Assembly: GCA_963514005.1 (NCBI GenBank)
Contig: OY740795.1
Location: 46,252,001-46,316,000 of the forward strand
From: Raja brachyura
Lineage: Eukaryota
DNA: 64,000 nt
Direction of reading: 5' to 3'
The position numbers were made by a program, and so were the translations under genes. The notes under the pieces are model-generated. The model was not told where the DNA came from. It was given only the letters and a program-made list of their open reading frames with translations, and made no database searches. This document shows positions 26,840-39,200 of this stretch, piece by piece; the first letter of the stretch is position 1, and the number at the start of each line of letters is the position of its first letter.

Positions 26840-27169
26840 TAAGTCCGAACTGTGGTTCAGAATAATGTTCATGTGTTTTGCTGTACCAAGATGCCAGGTT
26901 GATTTACAAATGATGTCACAGCTCCCCTTGTCTCATACATCTACATCGGTTGGGGGGCAGATCAACTGTAGATTGGTTGCAGTTCTGATGCCACCCAGCC
27001 AACTTTCAGGATTTGAAATGTGGACAGATGGATAGGAACATTAACAGATAAGGGAACTAAAAGATCTAGTGTCAGCTTCAATAGTTACTGTTACACAATT
27101 GTCCATTCTCATTCTGTAGAAAATAAATGAAAATGGTGAAATAGTGTAAGGAACAGTCCCGTTTTCATA

Positions 27170-27420
27170 CTTTGCAACTTTTCAATCCTTTTATCTTTTC
27201 ATCTCTGGCCTTTGTCTGTCTGTCTATCCAAGTCCCCACCATTTATAATCAACATGTTACCTGCCACACTTTGTCCTGTCCCTCCCCTCTTCCAGCTATC
27301 TCCCCTCTTCCCCTCCACACACACAAATCACCTAAAGAAGGGTCCTGACCTGAAAGATCCATTCATGTTTTCCAGAAATCCCGCCTGACCAGCTGAGTTA
27401 CTCCAGTACTCTCCATCTTT
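27170..27420 (+). mobile_element. Degenerate Penelope 3' UTR plus terminus
   Basis: aagaagggtcctgacctgaaa...gctgagttactccag. Confidence 0.55.
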
Positions 27421-27429
27421 TTTTTTTAA

Positions 27430-27912
27430 ATTAGGATGTTACCTGGACTTGTGCGATTTAGATATAGGGAGAGGTGGAATGGCCTGGGACTTTTTTCTTT
27501 GGAGCAGAGGAGACCAAGTGATGACCTCGTGGAGGTGTGCAAGATCGTGAGGAACATGGATATAGGGGGACGCTCATAGTCTTTTCCAGGGTAGAGGATT
27601 CTAAAACTAGAGGGCATAGACTCAAGGTAAGAGGGGTGAGATTTACGAGGGACCACTGGGGCAAATCCTTCTCTCAGATGGTAATCCATTTCTGGAATGT
27701 ACTGCCAAGTGAAGCTAGAGAAGAAGGTACAATCACAACCTTCAAAACTCATTTGGACAGACATATAGATAGGAAGGATTTGAAGGGATATGGGCCAAAT
27801 GTAGACCAATGGGTCTGCATGGACCAGCCCAACATGCTGACTCGGTCAGCATGGAGAAGGTGGACTGAAGGGCCTATTTGCATGCTGTCCAACATTATGG
27901 GTCCATGACTCT
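27430..27912 (+). mobile_element. CR1 LINE 3' end, diverged
   Basis: KTRGHRLKVRG...FWNVLP. Confidence 0.8.
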
Positions 27913-28829
27913 AAAAATGTTTCCAAACACACTTTAAAGAGGAAAAGAAGCAAGTGCTAAGCCTTTGTAAGGAAATCTAAGTAGCAACTGAAAATGCATT
28001 ATGAGAATATTTTCAAAGTTAAGGCAGAAAGGTTGAAAGGAAGTGGTCTGGGGAGAGCGTTTCAAAGAATAGTAACACCATCAAATAGGAAATAACTTGA
28101 AGCGAAGGTTCAATTATGCAAAGGTTCAATTATGTTTAAAAAAAATTATTAGAGATCCCAGAAATGAAGTTGGTACCAGTAGATATCAAATACTTTGATT
28201 TGTACAAAATGACTGAAACATTGCACAAAAAATCAACAGCCCTACGTGAAATTATAAAATGTGAAGATTATGAATATCAATTCAGTATATTCAGAACATA
28301 GTGGAAATCATTCTCCAAGGGGTAGTTATCTCCACTAGTGACATAATTAAGCAGCTATCTACAAAGTTGTCCTTGGAGATCATCACAGGAGTCTCAATGT
28401 TAACAAAATGCATCATTAAACACATTGCAGTTATTGCAAAGGAAGATGTCTGTTAAAGAAAGCACCATATCATGCTGAGGAGGAAATATCTCAAGGAAAC
28501 TAATAGAAAATAGTGTATTGTTCCTTCCTGAGATTAAGCAATATGCAAATTTTCAAATCCTCCTCTTTCATCTCCCTTTTGTTATCCAATTGATGAGAAC
28601 AAAATTACCTCATGCACCAAATAAGAATCTGTCTTTTACCTCTTTCATTTCCTTTTTGGCAGTCTGCTTCTTCATCGTCAATGGATGCAGGGTACATTTA
28701 TGTATTTTTACATTTAAAAATTTACATATAAAGATTTCACTTTCTTTTCGCACAGCTGATTTTGAATTACACAACTGTCAATGGCACCACCTTGAATGAG
28801 TCTTACATCTCCTGCAATTGGAAAGTGGG

Positions 28830-29415
28830 TGTTATGGGTGGGAAGTGAAGAGTGAACCAAGGAGTTGCAGAGGAAGCTGTCTCTGCAGAAGGTGGAAAGG
28901 GGTGATGATGGGAAGATGTGCTGGTGGTAGGATCACGTGGAAGGTGGAGTAAATGTTGGAGAATGATGTCTTGGATGGAGAGGCCAATGGGGGGTGAAAG
29001 GTAAGGACCAGGGAACTCTATCCTAGTTCCATTTGGGGGGAGGGGGGGAGTGATAGTAGAATTATGGAGACTTGGGTGAGGGATTCATCTATGACAGAAG
29101 GGAGGCAACCATGTTTACTAAAGAAAGAGGACATCTCATGCCCAACAATAGAAAGCCTCACCTGGGGACCAGGTGCGGTGGAGATGGACATTGAGAGTAG
29201 GGGATAGCATCTTTGCAAGAGGTAGAGTTGAATGCGGTGTTGTCCAAATATCTGCAGAAGTCGGTGGCTTTGCAGTAGACATCAGTTGATAGTCTATCTT
29301 CTGTGATGGAGACAGAGCAATCAAGGGAGGGAGGAAATATGTCAGAGATAGTCCAAGTGCATTTGAGGGCAGGGTGGAAGTTAATGGTAGAGTGAGTGAA
29401 ATCCACGTGTTCTTC
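28830..29415 (-). mobile_element. Penelope-like RT remnant
   Basis: NFHPALKCTWTISD..SLDCSVSITEDRLSTDVYCKATD..YLD...SCKDAIPYSQ, a typical PLE RT C-terminal region. Confidence 0.8.
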
Positions 29416-30999
29416 GGGGGACTTTAAAGAAAATCTGATTTTATGCAATCAATGACCGTATCAGAGCCGTTAGTAAGCAGACCGCACAGATTTATTATCC
29501 GCGAAAGGGTAGATGATAACATCAAGAAAAATAATATTGGCACAGATGTTGTTGTGATCTGGAACGCATTTCCTAGAGGGAGGTGGGAAAATCGTGGGGC
29601 AAGAGAGGGGAGCATTTGGAATGAGTGAATGGTTCTTTCAAAGAACCGTGATAATCATGATTGGATAATCTTTGTCCCTTTCCATGCTACCATGAGAAGC
29701 AAATAAACGCCAGAATTTCATAAAGTCTCTGGTTTATGGGAACAGCGTTGTTGTCACTGAGGCGAGACACTATTCAATGACAGTGAAAAAAAACCTTAGC
29801 ATTGTACAGAGGTGTGGTTGGTAAATGTACTGGTAAGAAATAGTGAGAACAGTGGTTGAAATTAACTGTACATTTTCTGAATGAGCTGGTACGGAACTAC
29901 GAAAGCGCGACGAGACACAATGGCAACGTTAAAAGGCAGAAGGGTGTATGTAAAATATGCGGCCATCAATATTCACTAGCAACTGGGGAGATCGGGCTGA
30001 AGCGTGCGGTTCTTATGAATCGATCAAGAATCACGGGACAGGATTCATCGACCACCGACCCGCTGTAAGAGTAAATGAGTGGAACTGAAGGTACCACTGA
30101 TCAAAGAATTCCTTGATGTAACTGGAGAATTCATTCCAACAAACCAAAACAACTAGTGCAAAACATTAAGAAAAATATTGTTGGCAGAGGCGATCCTAAG
30201 TAAAGTCAGTAAAAAATAATATTTTTGTTTTATGCTGGCGTTATTTTGATTTTTCTTCCAATTTCTCGATTATTGTTTGCTGCTCTTGTCTCGTAGGAGG
30301 CAGCGTTCAAACTGACTTTTATTTCCAGATGCCAACATGTTACAACTGCGGTGCAACATGTTCACTATCCGTAATGAGTTGTTGCATTCATTGTGAGCCA
30401 TAAGACCGTAAGACCAGTGCCCGAGCGGTAAAAAGTGATACAACCGGCTGGAAATAGATACATTACCACCAGGTTACGCACAGTTTTTGTTTCTACTGAT
30501 TCTTATAACAGCATGAATACGGAATGAGATTAACGTGCCCACACGCATTTTTTTGGTTACGTATCCGATAAGCACACAATTTAAAAACCCAATACTTTGT
30601 GGGCAGTGGCTTTCGAGATGTTTTTATATCTTTATATTCGAATCGGTTAACCGCTTGCCATTTATTAATTCGCCAGTCGGGCTAAAACCCAGAATAAACG
30701 GAGCCTTTAGACTTTAGGCTTTAGAGATCCCTGAATATATTGCTGGTTCAAATAGAAACAAGTGCATTTTTTGCAGTCACTCTTTTGGGGTAAGATACTT
30801 GACTGTGATTAAACCTTTAACTACGCTGAAGATGCTGTCGAATCTCCACGCAACACCAATAACGTTAAAGTGAACCACAGTCGGTTCTGATGCAATTCAC
30901 CAAAATAACTTTTTGAAGCAACTGCTGTTAGTTGGACAGTTTGGGTGCCATTATATTCATTGAGCGATTGTGATCACGCATTTGGGGGTTATGAATACA

Positions 31000-31197
31000 T
31001 TTCAAGAACAGTTCTGAAACAGGCAAGCCGTCATTTCCTGAACGCCTCCCATCAGCACCACCGCTCCTGAACAGCTCCTCTCTTTCTTTGGGGGTCGAGG
31101 CGTGTTCCTGGTTAAACGCACAAGGTTGGGACGAGGCACACACACACATGCGGTGGAGCTCGTCGCTTCCGGGTCAGCTCTGGTCAGATGTAACTGT

Positions 31198-31228
<31 letters not shown>

Positions 31229-31311
31229 GCCTTCCTTCCCTCCACAGTTCATCCCCCCGTCCACTCACTCATCTGCCTGCTCCGGCCCCTCTACTGCAGC
31301 TGCCACGGACT
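31000..31311 (+). promoter_or_regulatory. CpG-rich promoter/5' UTR of exon 1A
   Basis: Higher CpG and GC content than the flanks, directly upstream of ATG 31312; TSS not determinable. Confidence 0.6.
31198..31222. repeat. (AG)n microsatellite upstream of the exon 1A ATG
   Basis: About 12 perfect AG units. Confidence 0.95.
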
Positions 31312-31683
31312 ATGGCAGAACAGCAGCCCGGAGCAACCCAGGACGAACATCTACTACCAGTGTATTTAGCCAAGCCGGGCACCAGCAGTCCCAAGCCCCG
31401 CCAGAAGTATGGAGGCATGTTCTGCAACGTGGAGGGCGCTTATGAAAATAAAACCATCGACTTCGATTCCTTGAGTGTGGGCAGGCGCAGCGCTCGGAGT
31501 ATGGGGAGAAAGGACGGCAGCCAGGTTTCCATCGATTCCGACGGGTTGAGTGAGACTGGGAGTGATGTCAGTGAAATGTCCGGCTCCTGTGAGCCTGTGG
31601 ATCGGGGCGAGCCGGAGGCTGGGCAGCTGGATCAGTCCCCCTCGGCTCAGAGAGAAGACACTCTGCACACCTCTCACACTCAG
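31312..31683 (+). CDS. DPYSL4: CRMP3/DPYSL4 alternative first coding exon 1A (long N-terminal isoform), 124 codons
   Basis: ATG at 31312; MAEQQ...LPVYLAKPG..PRQKYGGMFCNVEGAYENKTIDFDSLSVGRR..SDVSE matches the CRMP long-isoform N-terminus; donor CAG|GTAAAA, phase 0 joins exon 2. Confidence 0.88.
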
Positions 31684-32959
31684 GTAAAAGTTAGCGCTCT
31701 CCTGTACGCGCCAGCATCTCGAATATCCGAGAGCGGCTTGGCATTCGTTTGAACTACTAAACTTGTTTTTTTTAAATGGACAGCTGGTGGGGGTTGCGGG
31801 GTGAAGCATTGTTCAATTGTGCATTAACACAGCAAGGTTCCCAATCCGGGAAGGAGTGTGGATATATCGCCCAGTGAGTGGGAACATGTGGCTTTGTATT
31901 AGTGATGCGTCGCTGCCTTAGAAAAGCTTTGCTCTCCCACGTGTCATAGCTTTATTTGTAACCAAAAAAAAAAAGTTTCTACGAGCACTTTTAGAGGAAT
32001 TGGACCTTTCCACGTCTCCGTGTTTTGATATTGTTGGATAAATGACTTGTTCCGATTGACCTGGTGAGTACAGGTTTATATGAGTACAGAGGGATGAGTT
32101 GGGACTGGCGTGGACCACTGCTCTGCTGGACAAGGTACTAGAACGAGGTACCATCCATCCATTTAAACTTTCCCTTAAACTTTGCTGCATTTACGAAGTC
32201 AGCTTCGGAACATTCGATGCTTCGACTGGCTGTTTCGAGTCAATTTTTCCACTAAATCACGTTATACAGTTTTCCGTGTGTGAACGCGTTAAGTTCCACG
32301 CCGCGCTGATGTGTTGTGGATATTCAAGACAATAGGAGAATATCTTCACGTGTTTGTTGGCCCGAGTCCCAGCCTGCCTTCCCTCTTAGACCAGCTAACA
32401 GACCAAGGTATTATCACAATGAACACCCAGGGGGATTTGATGGGGAACTCGTCGAGGATTATCTGATTAAATCAAACAAACACAAATAAACCAGGAGGCT
32501 AATCATATTTTTTTTTAAACGGCGGAAGGGTGTTTACTCAAAATAACACGGAATTTGCTTGCTGCTGCTTGATCATTCGAACGGATAGCCAGCAGTAGAG
32601 AATTTTCCGTCTGTGATTATACCGGGAACCTTGAACGTGCTAAACGTGATAGCAAAATCTCACTAAGCCATTGCTTAGTAAATCCTTCCCATCCCCTGCG
32701 CTGCCCATCCCTAGTGGTGCTCTGGAATTCAAACGCTAGAATTGCTTTTAGTTATTTATTTTAAAAAAAGGTCCCTACACTGAGAACGTAGCCGAGATAA
32801 TATGTTGAATAAATATCCATTCTGGAATTATTGTTTTAAATGGAAAAGATGTGTGATTTTTTTTTTTTGTTGTTCCCGGCGATAAAGGGCTCGTTTTAAA
32901 TGTAAGAAGCACCGGCGTCTATTTGCACAGTGGTCGGGATTGTCGGCGATCATTCTTTT

Positions 32960-33800
32960 TTAAAATGAGGGATGTGATCAATTAAACGCAGAGCTCGCGT
33001 ATGGAGAGAGGCCGCTAGCTTGGCCCTCGGTCCTGCCTTCTCTGTCCGGAGGTTGTGTAGTCCCGCTCGGGGCGGTGGCGCTGGTGAATACGGGGAGGAA
33101 GCAGGGAGCTGGAAAATGCTAATAAGGCAGATGGTCTGTTAGCTCGCTGGAGGGGGAGGGAATGGGAGAGAGGGAGAGAGAGAGGAAGTTGCAAGGAGGG
33201 AGGGAGGGGGGGGTGTCGAGGCGGTGCCAGTCTGCGTTGCGAACCTCGTCTAGTCTGCACAATCACCATTTTCAGCACCACCAAAGACGAGAGAGACCAG
33301 AAAGCCGCTCTGCAGAACAAAAAAAAACCCACCCGCACCGCGCAGAGTTTCCTCGTCTTCCGTTGCCTTGCATTATAGCAAAGGTCCGAGTCCAGAGACA
33401 TGCTCTCCTACCAAGGCAAGAAGAACATCCCGCGGATCACGGTAAGCGTTGAAAGCGTTTAGCAGGGTGACAGCCCTGGTCTGCAGCAGGCGGTGGCTGC
33501 ATTATAACGCTAGTCCCCCTGCACCTCTGCGGATTATGTGTGACCGAGGCGAGGTCTGCACTCCTCGCCCAGCCTCTCGGTGCTTGCTCGCCGATCTGGC
33601 TGCGGTCGGTGCACACACACACAAAAAAAATATATGTTGTTTTAAAACTCATTTGCCGGTCTGAAAATGGCGACGTTGCAACAACATACAGCGGGCTGGA
33701 GATGGAAAATGGGGATTGAAGGAGGACTGTGTTTCACTGCGGCGGAGGGGGTGGGAGCGCCGCTCGCTGCTTCTTATTGGGGAGGAAGCTGAGATTTGAA
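32960..33800 (+). promoter_or_regulatory. CpG island/promoter around exon 1B
   Basis: GC-rich, CpG-dense, GC box GGGGCGG near 33069, purine-rich tract. Confidence 0.65.
33400..33441 (+). CDS. DPYSL4: Alternative first coding exon 1B (short isoform) MLSYQGKKNIPRIT
   Basis: Matches the canonical CRMP start MSYQGKKNIPRIT with one extra Leu; donor ACG|GTAAGC, phase 0. Confidence 0.92.
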
Positions 33801-34530
33801 TGTATTCATGAAAGCGAATGCAGCATCAGGTCCCAGCCAAGGGCGACGGCTGTGATCCGGGGCATAGGCACGAAACAATGGCACCCGGAGCCTGCTTGGA
33901 ACTGGGTCATTTTTCTCCCAGGTTATCAAAGGATGGTGCACACACATTTACTGCAGAGATCTCTGCATTGAACAGAAATTAACCCCATCCCCACCCCGGT
34001 GTCGTTTTACCCTGCGCTATCCGCATCGACCGCATTTATTGTTAAGAAATAGATTGGCAAACGAGAACGAAACGCTCTTGTCAGATCTGGGCTCTATAAA
34101 AAACAGCCTTTTTAAAAAAAAAATATTGCATCTGAATGACATTTCCACGGTGGGGCGAGGAGGGAGCTGCAGGCATGCGCGCTCGCTAGCCATTCATCCT
34201 TGGCATTTCGCCCTTTGTGCTTTGGTGAGCTGGCTGCAAAACTGGGCGTAGTTGCTGCTGCTGCTTTAAAGAAAAGACAATCTGATTGACCGTGTTTGTC
34301 AGTTTCAGAGATGGAGCTGGCCAGGGATGATTGTCCGGTACTGCAACTGAGCAAAGCTCAAACCTGCGACAAAATATGTGTCTTTACTTACACCCCATCC
34401 TGCGCCGTCGCCTGGATATTCGTATCAACCGCATTTATGTTAAGAAATATACTGGGAAACGAGGGAGGGGGGGGGGGGGGGGGGGAGCGCCCTTGTCAGG
34501 TCTGGGCTCTGCAAAAAACAGTCTTGTTTT

Positions 34531-34616
34531 AAGATGGGTCTCGACCCGAAACGTCACCCATTCTCTCCAGAGATGCTGCTTGTCCCGCAGAGTTACTCCA
34601 GCTTTTTGTGTCCATC
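34531..34616 (+). mobile_element. Penelope-terminus element, 5'-clipped inside the core
   Basis: gggtctcgacccgaaacgtc...; CTGA missing. Confidence 0.75.
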
Positions 34617-35278
34617 CTGAATATTCCTGGTGGAAATGTTAAATAAATAGCATTATATGCGGGGGCGGGGGGGAGACCAAACCAGAGAATAACATTAACT
34701 ACGTCGTTCTCTTTTATTTTAATGGCCACTTTCCTCTTCTACAGGGTGGGTGGTGTAGGGTGGAGCTTTATGTTTAAAATGTGTGTGTTGGAAGCACTTG
34801 CATTCACACAATGACTTGCACAAAAGAAACATCAAACGATGCTGCGGGTAGGTGGGGTGATGAAGGACATTAGAGCGAGCAAGAGAATGAATGGGGATCT
34901 GATGCAAGACTGCAGGGTTTAGGTTTCCAACGTTTTGAGGCATGCGGAAAGATAAAACAAGGCAGAAAATGGGTGTGAATAGAATTGCAGGCGGCCAGGC
35001 TTTGATGTCTTTGCATTTGCATCATTGTTGCAAAGGGAGGCAGATTGTGGAAGGACAGAGGATGCGAACTGAACTGCAGGTTTGGAATGATTGGGGAGAC
35101 AATGCTAGGTAAAGCACAGGGGTGTATTAGTAAAATGAAATAACACCAACGTTATGGAAAGGGCCAGGCAGGAATTGATGCCAATGATCATATCCTGGAT
35201 GGCAGGGTGAACATTATGGCTCATTCCCATTCCTGTTCATTATATTCCTGTGAGACACCCAGTATCAGGGAGAGGGAT

Positions 35279-35571
35279 GTGTAGGAACCAACTACAGATG
35301 CTGGTTTAGGCCAAAGATAGACACAAAAAGCTGGAGTAACTCAGCAGGACAGGCAGCATCTCTGGAGAAAAGGAATAGGTGACGTTTCAGGTCAAGACCC
35401 TTTTTCAGAGTGAGAGTCCGTGAGATTAGGAATCTTAGAAGAACGGTTTTCTCTCCCAGACCTTTCCCCTGACTCAGTCTGAGGAAGGGTCTCGAACCAT
35501 AACGTCACCGGTTCCTTTTCTCCAGAGGTGCTTCCCTGACCCGCTGAATTACTCCAGCTTTTTGTGTCTAT
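35279..35571. mobile_element. Fold-back pair of Penelope-terminus elements with a short spacer
   Basis: Reverse copy 35279-35420, forward copy about 35465-35571. Confidence 0.8.
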
Positions 35572-35746
35572 ATTAGGGAGGGGAAGATGGGTTTACTCTG
35601 AAGTTGATGCAAAATTTTAAGCTCATCTGAGGTCCAAAACAATAAGTTAGTTCATCATGCATGGGCAGTGAGAACAGCGATGGGGGATATTGGTAAAGGA
35701 GACCGTTTGAAAGGGAAGGACAAATATAGCTCAGGAGATACACATG

Positions 35747-38068
35747 TTGAATGGAGAAGGTTCTGATTGTCATCACCTCTAATTTCAAGCAAAAGGTCAG
35801 GTATGGAGTTGAAGATGTTGGGGGAGAGATAAGGCTAGTGCCAGGTTTATATATGGAAACTGATCCCATGTAGGATATTAAGCAGAGAAATGTTTTAGAA
35901 GAGAAATGGGAAGGTGTTCGAGATGCAGCCTAGAACATGGTGATCTGTTGGGCGAGAGGGGCAGAGAACAATATTCAGAGACGGGAGAAGAAGCCAATGC
36001 AGCAGAATGTGAGCTAAGTTGCAAGAAATAGACCGGAAGCAAATGTGACCTCTTGAGAAAACCATAGATCAGCATGAACTGCTTAATCATTCTGAAGGCC
36101 TGAGAGACCTTGTGGAGAACACAAAGTGCAGTGGATTGCAGTTAAGTTACAGACACAGATCACAGATCTCACAGTAGTTTTGATGGTAGGCAAATAATAC
36201 CATTTGCCATACGTAGGTGAGGCTATTGCTGTCCAAAGGATGGGTGTACAGGGGCAATCATCAAAGTTCAAGACTACCAGCACTCGCTTTTTGAAATTGG
36301 AAGAGGGTGCGACAAGATCTCAACGCTGCGTCTCCAAATTCATTCACAACATGGCACATATTCATTACTATTCCTCCCCTCCTGTACCTGTGGCTGCAAA
36401 GTTGTGCAGGAGGAATTACAGACATCGAACCAACCACTGGAGGTGGCAGCAGTTCCACGATTCTGCTTCTGGGTTTCTGAAGAGATTCCACCCTGCCCCA
36501 CAATTATTTTGTTATATAATCCACCGCTGCAGACAGAGTTGATTGGACTTGCTGTCCCTTCCCCAACACCAACATCGTCCATTACTGATCGAAACACCAC
36601 ATAAACACTGAAAGGTTTGATTTTAACGTCCTAAAGTGACAGCTTCTATTTACATTAAAAACTAGGAATACAGTTGTTGTCCAGGTTTGCTATCATTGTA
36701 AATCCATGTGTTCACTGCAGAAAACAAATAAGCCATTACATTTCAGATTACGTGCAAAGCCAATGACAGAATTAAGCTCTGTGTTTTCCAGACAAAAAAA
36801 CAATTAACATACCTATGCTTAATTATGATAATAACAAATAGAACACAATAAAATTCCTTTGTTTCTTCAAACCATATGTGCTGAATAATATCTTAAATAC
36901 AGGGTTTAAATGCTCAACATTTAACTGAGCGAGTCACTGTTAGAGATCAGGAATCTTGGAGAAATGGGTTTCTTTCCCAGACTTTTCCGACTTTAATGAC
37001 AGGACAGGAGCATCCTTTATCATTTTGTTTTCATGTTGACAGAATCTAAAATCAATGCCTGCCAGATTGAGAGGTTGGTTGGCCAATGCTCAGGGAGGCA
37101 TTCAGCTCTGCTTACAGGTAAGGAACGGACAAGAGTGAGGGGAATGGAATAAAGATCTCATGAGGATAGGCACTGGAATTAGAAGGGACAGAGGTCCAGA
37201 AAGGTCAGCATGGTCTAAGAGGAGTAAGGAAGAAGAACAGACGAGTTAGATAGACACAACATGCTGGATTAGATAGTAGAGTCAACGGATTAGATAGTAG
37301 AGTCAGTCGTACAGAGTGGAAACAGGCCCGTTTGCCTAACTTACCCAACATGCTCCATTTATGCGAGTCCCACCTGCCTGCATTTGGCCCATATCCCAAT
37401 AAACCTATCCTAACCACGTACCTGCCTAAATGTTTCTTAAACCTTCTGATAGCAGATCAGAAGATTCAAGGAAGATCTTGGAAAACTCAGGGACACATCA
37501 GAAAAAGTAGGGGGAGTCATACGGATCTAGAAGTTGAAGAGAGAGGAGTTTGAATAGCTTGAAAGATAAAAACTGTTTTGAATAGAGAAGGTTCTGACTG
37601 TCATCACCTCTAATTTCAAGCAAAAAGTCAGGTATGGAGTTGAAGATGTTGGGGGAGAGATAAGGCTAGTGCCAGGTTTATGTATGGAAACTGATCCCAT
37701 CTAGGATATTGAGTAGAGAAATGTTTTAGAAGAGAAATGGAAAGAGAAGAGGAATGGCTGCAGCCTAGAACATGGTGAGCTGTTGGGCGAGAGGGGCAGA
37801 GAACAATATTCAGAGATGGGAGAAGAAGCCAATGCAGCAGAATGTGAGCTAAATTGCAAGAAATAGACCGGAAGCAAATGTGACCCTTTGAGAAAACCAT
37901 AGATCAGCATGAACTGCTTAATAATTCTGAAGGCCTGAGAGACCTTGTGGAGAACACAAAGGGTAGTGGATTGCAGTTAAGTTATAGACACAGATCACAT
38001 ATCTCACAGTAGTTTTGATGGTAGGCAAATAATACCGTCCGACATAAGTAGGTGAGGCCTTTGCTGTC
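35747..38068. repeat. Local direct duplication of about 490 bp (35747-36233 and 37578-38068)
   Basis: Copies align along their whole length at roughly 90% identity by eye. Confidence 0.92.
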
Positions 38069-39014
38069 AAGATTCACAGATTGACAAACCTGGGCAAGAT
38101 TGAAACAGTTTGAACAGCTTGAAAGATAAAAATTCCCATAGGAATAGGGAATTAGATCATTAGATTTGGGCTGTGAAGATTGAGGATGTGTCAGAAACAG
38201 AGGAGAGGGATCAGGATGGAACCAGGATCAAAGAGATGAGAGGTTTTGGGGAGGAATAGCAACAGTCAGGTCGCATCATCTCGTGGAGGCTTTGAAGCAG
38301 ATATAATGGATCCAGCAGGTAAGCAGAAAAATAACTACTTCCTTCAAAACACCAGCTTTTCAATTGGCACCAAAAACCTGGCACAAGTTAGAATTAATAA
38401 TTCTATTCCAGTTAGGATGGATAATTATATTCAAGTTAGAATGGATAATTCCTGGTCAGCTAAATGGTCAGTTTTCATGTTCTGTGACTATTAAATATGA
38501 GGCATGCATCTTCATTACAGTATTTAAATTGCCAACTTTCTTCCTGTGAACAGCTTGGTCCCTCAAACCTCACTTCTCTGAATGACTCATACATTTAACA
38601 TTTGATCATCTTTCCTGTCCCAGTAGTCCAACACATTCTAGCATGAAAATTTAATGCCTACTATGTTTTCAGTGTTTGCATTGTCTTATTTAAGACACAT
38701 TGAAATGTGTATTTTCTCCGTATATCAATGATTCAGCATCAAAGAAATCTGAACATAAAGCACAGAAAACCTGTAAACCAGGAAGAGAGAAAAAAAAAAG
38801 ACAAGGCTGGTAAAATTTTGATTAAATAACATTATCTAGGCCCCCTAAATGGATTCTGAATCAATTCAATTCCAAATATGGATTTTTTTTAAGTGCCTGA
38901 TTTGATCTATGGACAACAGTGAATTAACCAACCTTGACTTACAGATGTCCTGGCAAATATTTATCCATCAATAAATATTATTTTAACAACGGCAGGTTAT
39001 TTACTTCTTTTGTA

Positions 39015-39200
39015 AATCGAAGGTAGACACAAAGTTATGGAGTAACTCAGCGGGTGAGGCACCTATTCCTTCTCACTGGAGTGATGTTTTGGGTCTGGAC
39101 ACTTCTTCAGACTGATGTCAGGGGAGTAGTTGGGAGAGAGAAAGAATGTAGTCGGAGACAGTGTGACTAGTGCGAGAACTTGCAAGGGGGAGGGGATGAT
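39015..39200 (-). mobile_element. Penelope terminus plus part of the 3' UTR
   Basis: Same family, reverse orientation. Confidence 0.65.

Noticed and set aside
31102-31752. 216-aa ORF as a single-exon gene
   Set aside because: It is exon 1A plus 5' UTR and intron read-through; it starts at GTG, and the homologous part is 31312-31683
33015-33401. 128-aa antisense ORF at the exon 1B promoter
   Set aside because: Expected by chance in GC-rich, low-complexity promoter DNA; no homology recognised
38385-38450. CRISPR-like or functional array (24-bp unit x3)
   Set aside because: Simple minisatellite without spacers in a vertebrate intron; the same applies to small duplications at 5700, 28104, 37267 and 60071
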